Part shown: positions 45,669-52,277 of the stretch, piece after piece
Numbering within the stretch: the first letter of the stretch is position 1
How the letters are laid out: each line of letters opens with the position of its first letter
NCBI GenBank assembly: GCA_035474195.1
Contig: DATINO010000080.1
Span: 7,242-71,241, forward strand
Reading direction: 5' to 3'
Source of the DNA: Gaiellaceae bacterium
Lineage (GTDB): Bacteria; Actinomycetota; Thermoleophilia; Gaiellales; Gaiellaceae
Length of the DNA stretch: 64,000 nucleotides
Notes under the pieces: generated by a model
What the model was told of the DNA's origin: nothing
The model's input: the letters and a program-made list of their open reading frames with translations, nothing else
Database searches by the model: none
Made by a program: the position numbers and the translations under genes

Positions 45669-45769
45669 GGCCAGAGCGTACGCCGCGAACCGCCGCTCGG
45701 CTCGTGCAATCGCGAAGCAATTTCAGTCATCCATTTCCGAGGAGCTTGTTCGATTTCTCGTTGGAACCC

Positions 45770-45798
45770 TTGCGGATGTTCGATGTTTGGTCTATCCT
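45770..45798 (+). promoter_or_regulatory. candidate sigma-70-type promoter (TTGCGG-N17-TATCCT)
   Basis: Hexamers at 45770-45775 and 45793-45798 with a 17-nt spacer, 28 nt upstream of the 44-codon ORF, in a locally AT-richer stretch. Confidence 0.35.
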
Positions 45799-45825
45799 GC
45801 GCTCCGTCAGAAGACCAGGAAGACC

Positions 45826-45960
45826 ATGTTGCAGACCATCTCCACAGCGAATCTCACCGAAGCGGCGCCGGCCGCCTCGGTGCCGTGCCGGTACGCGCTC
45901 GTCGTCGACGATCGCCGGCCCGGTTTCGCCTCGACCCTCGTAGAGAGGTGCGCACGCTAG
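45826..45960 (+). CDS. 44-aa hypothetical peptide (MLQTISTANLTEAAPAASVPCRYALVVDDRRPGFASTLVERCAR)
   Basis: The ATG is preceded by AGGAAG. It is bracketed by the candidate promoter and by a hairpin terminator. No homology recognised. Confidence 0.35.
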   Translation: MLQTISTANLTEAAPAASVPCRYALVVDDRRPGFASTLVERCAR

Positions 45961-45989
45961 GAAACTAGCGGCATACCAGCTCTATCGAG

Positions 45990-46019
45990 GGCGACCCACC
46001 GGGTCGCCTTCGTCGTTTC
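45990..46019 (+). terminator. candidate intrinsic terminator
   Basis: GGCGACCC-acc-GGGTCGCC is a perfect 8-bp GC stem followed by TTCGTCGTTTC. Confidence 0.5.
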
Positions 46020-46331
46020 AGGACTCGAACCACGACCAAGCGAAAGGAAGATGCTCAGCTTGAGAAGCGCTAGATGTGCATGAGGCCCCGCCTGAGAGAG
46101 AAAGGTTCCTCCGTGTCCGACACGGAAAAAGCGAGCTGCACTATTGCTCCGGCTTTAGCTTGCTCTTTTTCGTTCAACATGAGAGCGCCGGGCTCCAAAA
46201 CCCCTCCACGTAGGACGAGCGAATCGATCCAGGGCCGAAGGGTAGGCGAGTGGCGTAGACAATCTTTCACTGTCGATCGCGAGGCGCAGGTTCGACCGCT
46301 GCCGCCGGAGCTAATTCGTCGACGTGCCTTC

Positions 46332-46362
46332 CGTGGCCTAGCTCAGAGGAGAGCGCTCGCTC
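46332..46362 (+). other. tRNA-like 5' fragment (acceptor strand + intact D-arm), truncated in the anticodon arm
   Basis: CGTGGCC TA GCTC AGAGGA GAGC G CTCGCTCTGAA has D-arm geometry, but no matching 3' half follows. It is interrupted by the 14-nt tandem repeat. Confidence 0.4.
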
Positions 46363-46407
46363 TGAACGCCGTGGTCTGAACGCCGTGGTCTGAACGCCGT
46401 GGTCTGA
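46363..46407. repeat. 14-nt perfect tandem repeat TGAACGCCGTGGTC x3 plus partial fourth unit
   Basis: Units at 46363-76, 46377-90 and 46391-404 are identical, followed by TGA. The terminal GTGGTCTGACCAC recurs as GTTGGTCTGACCAC at 46475-88. Confidence 0.95.
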
Positions 46408-46513
46408 CCACATTTGTATCGCGGCCCGCTACGAAATCAGCCGTAGTGGTGCGGCTTGTTGCAGTTTCGCGCGCGTTGGTCTGACCACGCTGCGTGTCCA
46501 TTTTGGCAATCGC

Positions 46514-46585
46514 AAATCCGTGGTGTAAGCGGGAGCACAGCGAGCTCCAACCTCGCAAGACCGGGTTCGAGTCCTGGCGGATTTG
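46514..46585 (+). tRNA. tRNA-Trp (anticodon CCA) with AU-rich acceptor stem
   Basis: Manual fold: AAATCCG TG GTGT AAGCGGGA GCAC A GCGAG CTCCAAC CTCGC AAGA CCGGG TTCGAGT CCTGG CGGATTT G. U8, A14, G18G19, U33, A37, T-loop TTCGAGT, A1-U72 and G73 are all present. CCA is not encoded. Confidence 0.7.
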
Positions 46586-46673
46586 CCTCAACTAGCTCGC
46601 GGCGCGAGCGGCGGTTCGGCCACCGACACGTGGCCGTGTACCCCCAAACAACAGACAACAGAGAGGAGCGGAC

Positions 46674-46814
46674 ATGCACCGGCATCTCGCGCTGGTCACG
46701 GCTCGGCATGCGCCGCAGCCGCGTCCGGCGAAGGTGATCTCGCTCGAAGCCCGCCGCAAGGCGCGCCTCGGGACGAAGCGCCCGACACCGCGGCCGCCTC
46801 GCGCGGCGGCGTGA
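46674..46814 (+). CDS. 46-aa basic hypothetical peptide (MHRHLALVTARHAPQPRPAKVISLEARRKARLGTKRPTPRPPRAAA)
   Basis: GAGAGGAG Shine-Dalgarno 5 nt before the ATG. Followed by an 8-bp hairpin, GAGCTGCC...GGCAGCTC (46822-46856). No homology recognised. Confidence 0.3.
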   Translation: MHRHLALVTARHAPQPRPAKVISLEARRKARLGTKRPTPRPPRAAA

Positions 46815-46860
46815 CGAACGACGAGCTGCCCGCCAAGGACGACGGCCGGCAGCTCATCGT

Positions 46861-46934
46861 GCGGATGTAGCCCAACAGGCAGAGGCACCGGTCCCAAAAA
46901 CCGGCCAGTGGGGGTTCGAATCCCTCCATCCGTA
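46861..46934 (+). tRNA. aberrant tRNA-Trp-like gene (anticodon loop CCCAAAA, no U33); possibly a pseudo-tRNA
   Basis: Manual fold: GCGGATG TA GCC CAACAGGCAGA GGC A CCGGT CCCAAAA ACCGG CCAGT GGGGG TTCGAAT CCCTC CATCCGT A. The anticodon stem is identical to the E. coli tRNA-Trp stem (CCGGU/ACCGG), but the loop reads CCCAAAA instead of CUCCAAA. Confidence 0.5.
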
Positions 46935-46951
46935 CTTACTTACTTGAACGA

Positions 46952-48304
46952 CTACGTATCTCCGACGCGCGGGCACACGATCTCGACGCCGTTCTGGCTG
47001 AACGTGATCGTCCGGCCCGCGTCGACTTCCGCGAGTCGAAAGACGGTGTCGGTCGCCATCGAGGCGAACTGCAGTGCGCCGTCGTCGGTCCGGCCGGCGA
47101 ACCCGAACACGAGCGACCTCTGGCCGTCGAACACGATTTCGAGCCCGTGCCCGACCGGACTCGTCGTGAAGTCGAAGCCCCGGCGTAGCCGGTATCTCCC
47201 CGCGCAGGCCGTCAGCGTCGATGCGTCCGGCCAGTCGGGCTCGACGATGTCCTCGACGTAGTTCGGCCACGAATGCGCAGCGGCGATCGCCGCGAAGGCG
47301 TGCTGCAGGAACCAGTTTCCGTTGTCGCTGTTCGTCATGACCGCCGCGCCCTTGCCGAGCTCGGTGTAGGCCAACAGATGACACCGGAAGCCTTCATTGC
47401 CGCCGCTGTGACCGAAGCGGTCGTCGGCGACGAACAGCCCGAGCCCCAGACCAGCAAGCCCCCCGATGCGGTCCGACGCCGGTACCTGAGGCGTCAGCAT
47501 CTCGCGTGCGAGCGCCTGCGAGACCAGCGCGCCGGGCTGGCCGGCATGCGCTCTCTGGACGGCGAGCGCGTAGCGGCAGAGGTCCGTCGGCGTCGTCCAC
47601 AGCCCCGCGGTCGCGAGCTCCGGATAGACGTGCCAACCGCCCTCGACCGGCTCACCGAGTGCGTCATGCCCGTGCGCGAGCCGGTCGTGGGTCGCTTCCG
47701 CGGGAGGCTGCGTGTAGTCGCTGTCCTCCATCCCTGCCGGCTGGAGCACGAGCTCCTGCATGAGATCCGGAAACGGCGTGCGCGTCACATCCTCCAGCAG
47801 TTGCTGCATCGCCAGCGTGCCGCCGCCCGAGTAGCGGAACTGCGTTCCCGGGATCGTGTCGACTCGAACACCGAAGGTGTTCGCCGGGTGCACCCCGTTC
47901 AGGATCTCGACGGTGCTCGGCAGCACATCCGAGCGCTTGTAGCCGGGAAAGCCCGACGTCGTGAGCCCGGCCGAGTGGCTGACGAGCTGTCGCAACGTCA
48001 CGACCGGCTGCCAGTCGCTGTTGCGCGGAACGCGCCATGACGTCAGCGAGCCGTTGATGTCAGCGTCGAGGTCGAGGATCCCGCGATCGACCAAGCGGAG
48101 CATGGCGAGCGCTGCGATCGGCTTGCTGATCGAGCAGGCCTGGAACCTCGTCGTCTGCGTCACCGGCTCCGACCCGGTCGCCACCCGAACGCCGAGGGAG
48201 GCCGCGGCCGAGACCTCGCCGTTCTCGATGACCGCCCAGCTCACGCCCGGGATGCCGAACCGGGCGGAAGACTCGGCGAAGCTGCCCTCGAGCGGCTGAG
48301 TCAT
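46952..48304 (-). CDS. beta-lactamase-family serine hydrolase (class C/esterase-like) with extra C-terminal domain
   Basis: S-x-x-K motif CSISKPIA, YSGGG, and HSGGNEGF (KTG-equivalent). Its ATG overlaps the upstream gene's stop (ATGA). Confidence 0.85.
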   Translation of the reverse strand: MTQPLEGSFAESSARFGIPGVSWAVIENGEVSAAASLGVRVATGSEPVTQTTRFQACSISKPIAALAMLRLVDRGILDLDADINGSLTSWRVPRNSDWQPVVTLRQLVSHSAGLTTSGFPGYKRSDVLPSTVEILNGVHPANTFGVRVDTIPGTQFRYSGGGTLAMQQLLEDVTRTPFPDLMQELVLQPAGMEDSDYTQPPAEATHDRLAHGHDALGEPVEGGWHVYPELATAGLWTTPTDLCRYALAVQRAHAGQPGALVSQALAREMLTPQVPASDRIGGLAGLGLGLFVADDRFGHSGGNEGFRCHLLAYTELGKGAAVMTNSDNGNWFLQHAFAAIAAAHSWPNYVEDIVEPDWPDASTLTACAGRYRLRRGFDFTTSPVGHGLEIVFDGQRSLVFGFAGRTDDGALQFASMATDTVFRLAEVDAGRTITFSQNGVEIVCPRVGDT

Positions 48305-49020
48305 TGCCGGAGCCGCTGTTCCGCTTTCCGGACCGCGTCCGCCGCGTCCTCCACGTTGACGTCCGCCTGCGCCGCCAGCTTGTGCGCTTCGTGGGCGGTG
48401 CGCTCGGCCTCGCGCAGTCGCTTCCGCGCCTCCGCCAGCTCCGCTCGCGCCTGCTTCAGCTCGTCGGCGTTGCGGGACGGCTTCGGCTTCGCCGCGCGCT
48501 TCGACGGCGGCGGCGCGAGGCCCGCAAGCGCGTCGAAGCCTTCCAGCGTGAGCGGCTGCGTGAACCGGCCGGCCTTGAGCACCTCTCGTCGTTGCTCCGA
48601 CACCGCTGCCGCATGGAGTGATGCGGCGATCTGCTCGACGACAGCGGCCGACGCGCCGCCGAGCAGCTGCTCCGCTTCGCGCGTCAGGCGCCCGATCGTC
48701 TCGCGCTCCGTGCGCTGCGCCTGCTCGAACGCCTCGCGCGCATCGCCGCGCAGCACACCGGCCTGGGCCTGGCGCAGGCGGTGCCCGCTGTCGAGCAGCA
48801 GATCGATGTCGCGCCGGTGGTCACGCGTGAGCCGGTTCAACGCCCAGGCTGCAACGGTCGGCTTGCGGATCTTTGCAATGTGGTCGGCGTCGTCGCTGCG
48901 GCCGTCCGCCTTCAGCTCCTTGGCGAGCCGCTTGCGCACGCCGACGAAGTCCTCCGGCGCGGCGTCGTAGAGCTGGTCGAGAGCCTCGTCGAGGTCCACG
49001 ACTGCATTGTCCAGGATCAA
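48301..49020 (-). CDS. hypothetical all-helical protein, translationally coupled to the ECF sigma gene
   Basis: TTG 49020 overlaps the sigma stop (TTGA); GTG 48999 is an alternative. Sequence DLDEALDQLYDAAPEDFVGVRKRLAKELK...; the C-terminal part looks like a coiled coil. Confidence 0.6.
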   Translation of the reverse strand: MILDNAVVDLDEALDQLYDAAPEDFVGVRKRLAKELKADGRSDDADHIAKIRKPTVAAWALNRLTRDHRRDIDLLLDSGHRLRQAQAGVLRGDAREAFEQAQRTERETIGRLTREAEQLLGGASAAVVEQIAASLHAAAVSEQRREVLKAGRFTQPLTLEGFDALAGLAPPPSKRAAKPKPSRNADELKQARAELAEARKRLREAERTAHEAHKLAAQADVNVEDAADAVRKAEQRLRQ

Positions 49021-49898
49021 TCGTCGAGCACGGTGAGGTCGACCTGCGCGATTCGTTCGGGATCGGCCAGGAAGTCGAGCTCGGCGAGCCTTCCGTTCTT
49101 GACCGTGACGGCGCAGATCGAGAACGGCTCGCCTTCGCGATACACGACCATGCCTGCCGCGCCGTTGACGAGCGCGCGGCGCCTGGTCAGGTCGACGCGC
49201 GCCCACATCATTGCCTGACCCGCCACGGCCTGGGCGCCGACGACGTACTGCGAAAGCCCGGCGATGCGACCGCCGTCCGAGCGGAGCACGACCTCGGGGT
49301 CGAGCACGGCGATGAGCGCATCGAAGTCGCCGCCACGCGCAGCGGCGATGAACGCGTCCACGACCTCCCACTGTGCGTGCAGGTCGACGTCGGGAACCGG
49401 ATCGGCACCGCGGACGCGGCGCCGTGCGCGGCTCGCAAGCTGCCGCGTCGCCTCCGGCGATCGCTCGACGATCGGCGCGATCTCGTCGAACGGCACGGCA
49501 AACATGTCGTGCAGGACGAATGCGAGCCGCTCGGCAGGCGTCAGCGTCTCGAGGACGATGAGCAGCGCGAGGCCGACGGAATCGGCGAGCAGCGCCTCGT
49601 GCTCGGGATCGGTTCCGTCGGCCGGGTCGACGATCGGGTCGGGCACCCGCATGTCGAGCGGCTGCTCGCTGCGTGTTCGCCGCGAGCGGAGCATGTTCAG
49701 CGCGACCCGCGCGACCACCGTCGTCAGCCACGCCCGGAGGTTCTCGACGTCGCTCCGGTCGGAGCGGCTGAGCCGCAGCCACGCGTCCTGCACGGCGTCT
49801 TCCGCCTCGCTCAACGAGCCGAGCATCCGATACGCCACCGCACGGAGGTGCGGGCGCTGCTCCTCGAACTGCTCGGCCAGCCACTCTTGCTGATTCAT
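49017..49898 (-). CDS. ECF sigma factor, SigJ/ECF41-like with SnoaL-like C-terminal extension
   Basis: Region 2 EAEDAVQDAWLRL. Region 4 LTPAERLAFVLHDMFAVPFDEIAPIVERSPEATRQLASRARRRV. An extension of about 110 aa follows (WEVVDAFIAAARGGDFDALIAVLDP...). Confidence 0.9.
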   Translation of the reverse strand: MNQQEWLAEQFEEQRPHLRAVAYRMLGSLSEAEDAVQDAWLRLSRSDRSDVENLRAWLTTVVARVALNMLRSRRTRSEQPLDMRVPDPIVDPADGTDPEHEALLADSVGLALLIVLETLTPAERLAFVLHDMFAVPFDEIAPIVERSPEATRQLASRARRRVRGADPVPDVDLHAQWEVVDAFIAAARGGDFDALIAVLDPEVVLRSDGGRIAGLSQYVVGAQAVAGQAMMWARVDLTRRRALVNGAAGMVVYREGEPFSICAVTVKNGRLAELDFLADPERIAQVDLTVLDD

Positions 49899-50302
49899 CG
49901 TTCGTTCTCCCTCAGATCCCGTGTGTTACCGGAACCGACCTGCGTGACTCGCGCGGTTCTCATTGCTGTCTACGACCCTTCGCGTCTCGTGAATGTGACC
50001 GCGTTCGCGGCGACTCGATCGAGCAACGCTTCGAGGACGCGGTCGTGGATCGGCGCAAGCCGGTCGCGCCACAGTTCCGCGAACTCCGGGTCGGCGTCGC
50101 CGGCGATGACGTGCCGGAGCAACGTGCCTGCGGGAGCTTGCCGAACCTCGAACCAATGCTCGGCTTCGAGGCTCGGTCAGGACACGCTCCTGCGCTTCGA
50201 GCGGGCTGTTCGGCAGGGAACCGAGATCGACTCGACGCTGGTTCAGACGATCCGCTCCCTGATCAACCCCGACAAGCTGCGGCATCTCGGCCCCCTCGCC
50301 TC

Positions 50303-51799
50303 CTACGCCGCGAGGTCGAGCGCGGGCTCTTCCTCGGCGGTCGCCGCTGCCTGCCGCGCGTTCGGCGCCAGCATCGCGACGACGCTGCCTGCGAGCACGA
50401 TCACCGCTCCGCCGAGGAGCGCCCGGGCATAGCCCTGCGTCGCGGCGTCGGCGACCGAGTGACCGCTGCGCAGGAGCGAGGTCGTGTGCGCGGTCGCGAG
50501 CGCCGAGAGTGTTGCCAGTCCGAGTGCCGTGCCGACCTGCTGGCCGGTGTTCAGCAGCCCTGCTGCGAGACCCGCCTTCGCTTCGTCGATGCCCGCGTTC
50601 GCCGCGGTGGTGACGCCGACGAACACGCCGCCTCCGCCCAGGGAGATCACGAGCATCCCCGGCAGGATGTCGGCGACGTACGAGCCGTCGACCGGGATAC
50701 GCGACGTCCAGTACAGGCCGGCGGCCGCGATCAGAGCGCCGACGACGATCACGGCCTTGGTGCCGACTTTCGCGAACAGCTGCGACGCGATGCTCGACGA
50801 GATGATGAAGCCACCCGTCAGCGGCAGGTATGCGAGGCCGGTCTGAATCGGCGAGAAGTGCAGCACCGTCTGCATGTACAGCGTGAGGAAGAAGAACATC
50901 GGCACGAAGCCGCCCACCGCCACGAGCTGCGTGACGTCCGCAACCGCCACGCCTCGAACCCGGAGGATCGAGAGTGGGACGAGCGGGTTCTTCACGCGTA
51001 GTTCGTTGACGACGAACGACGCGAGGATCACCGCCGCGCCCGCGAGCTCGGCGATCGTCCGCGTGGCTCCCCAGCCGACGTCCGGCGCTTTCACGAGCGC
51101 GTAGACGAGAAGCAGCATGCCGCCCGTGACGAGCAGTGCGCCGAGCGCGTCGAAGCTGGGAAGGTGCATGCGGACACGCTCGCGCCTGAGCAGCACGATG
51201 GCGCCGATGAACGCGACCGCACTCAGCGGCACGTTGACGAACAGCACCCAGCGCCAGCCGGGCCCTTCCGTCAGGAGCCCGCCGAACAGCACACCTGCGG
51301 CTCCGCCGAGTCCCGAGACGGCGCCCCACACACCGAGCGCGGTATGGCGGTCGCGTCCCGCGCGGAACGTCGTCGTCAACGACGAGAGCGCGGCGGGGGA
51401 GAGCAGCGCGGCGCCGATGCCCTGCGCGAACCGCGCTCCGACGAGCAGCGAGCTCGAGTGCGACAGCCCGCCGGTCAGCGACGCTCCCGCGAACACGACG
51501 AGCCCCGTCACGAGCACGAACCGCCGGCCGAGCAGGTCGGCCATTCGCGCACCGAGCAGGAGGAACCCGCCGTACGTGAGGATGTACCCGTCGACGACCC
51601 ACTGCAGGCTCTGCTGGCTGAATCCGAGGTCGTGCTTGATCGACGGCAGAGCGATGTTGAGGATCGATGCGTCGAGGATGTCCATGAACTGGACGAGGCT
51701 GAGCAGCAGCAAGATTGCGATGCCGCGGCGTGAGCCAAGCGGCGTCGCCTCGAGGCGCCGCTCGGCCGGTAGGTCTGTTGGCTGAAGTGATGCGGCCAC
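50303..51799 (-). CDS. MFS transporter, DHA2/EmrB-like (14 TM)
   Basis: ILNIALPSI, GARMADLLGRRF (motif A) and 14 hydrophobic helices. GTG 51799 lies 5 nt after AAGAGAGG. The track start 51970 adds an Arg/Ser-rich, non-protein-like leader. Confidence 0.85.
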   Translation of the reverse strand: MAASLQPTDLPAERRLEATPLGSRRGIAILLLLSLVQFMDILDASILNIALPSIKHDLGFSQQSLQWVVDGYILTYGGFLLLGARMADLLGRRFVLVTGLVVFAGASLTGGLSHSSSLLVGARFAQGIGAALLSPAALSSLTTTFRAGRDRHTALGVWGAVSGLGGAAGVLFGGLLTEGPGWRWVLFVNVPLSAVAFIGAIVLLRRERVRMHLPSFDALGALLVTGGMLLLVYALVKAPDVGWGATRTIAELAGAAVILASFVVNELRVKNPLVPLSILRVRGVAVADVTQLVAVGGFVPMFFFLTLYMQTVLHFSPIQTGLAYLPLTGGFIISSSIASQLFAKVGTKAVIVVGALIAAAGLYWTSRIPVDGSYVADILPGMLVISLGGGGVFVGVTTAANAGIDEAKAGLAAGLLNTGQQVGTALGLATLSALATAHTTSLLRSGHSVADAATQGYARALLGGAVIVLAGSVVAMLAPNARQAAATAEEEPALDLAA

Positions 51800-51887
51800 G
51801 AGTGCCTCTCTTTCCGAGCGCGTTGGTCTGGTTCTTTTTCTAAGACCGCGCGCGAGAAGGACTTGTGACGAGCGTCGGCGACGTCGT

Positions 51888-52226
51888 TCAGTCGGCGCTA
51901 CCGAAGAACGCCGCGAACGAGCCGGCGACCGCGGTGACGACGAAGAGCGCCCAGATCTCGAGCCCCACATCGACCACCTTCCCGGCGGCCGTGACCGGGT
52001 TCTTGATCTGCGACGAGACGGTCAGCAGTTGCACCGTCGCGAAGAAGAACGCGTCGCCGATCCCGTGGATCTCGGTGCCGTTCGCGTGCCGTTCCAGCGC
52101 CCAGATGAGGATGGCGCCGACGACATCGACGAACGCGGTCAGTCCGAGCGCGAGCAGGATGCGGGCGAGCAGGCGACGGTGGCGCTCGCTCCAGTTCGCA
52201 AGGCGGGCGAGCTCTTCGGCGATCAT
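51888..52226 (-). CDS. minimal two-TM ion-channel-like protein (Ion_trans_2 pore domain) with non-canonical filter
   Basis: TM1 ILLALGLTAFVDVVGAILIWAL, then pore helix and filter region DAFFFATVQLLTVSSQIKNP, then TM2 LEIWALFVVTAVAGSFAAFF. 112 aa from ATG 52226. Confidence 0.6.
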   Translation of the reverse strand: MIAEELARLANWSERHRRLLARILLALGLTAFVDVVGAILIWALERHANGTEIHGIGDAFFFATVQLLTVSSQIKNPVTAAGKVVDVGLEIWALFVVTAVAGSFAAFFGSAD

Positions 52227-52277
52227 GAAGCCAGTCTGCGCAGGCGCACGGACGGTGCCTGCGCCTACCCTCACCGC

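Noticed and set aside
46070-46379. Track ORFs 46070..46270 (-) and 46074..46379 (+) inside the lower-GC island.
   Set aside because: Their codon usage is unlike the rest of the window, they lack ribosome-binding sites, and the peptides are not protein-like. The region also contains hairpins with T-runs that fit non-coding RNA or degraded sequence better.
46363-46407. Possible CRISPR array, given the perfect short direct repeats.
   Set aside because: The units are 14 nt long and directly abutting with no spacers, and there are no cas genes in the window. This is a simple tandem repeat.
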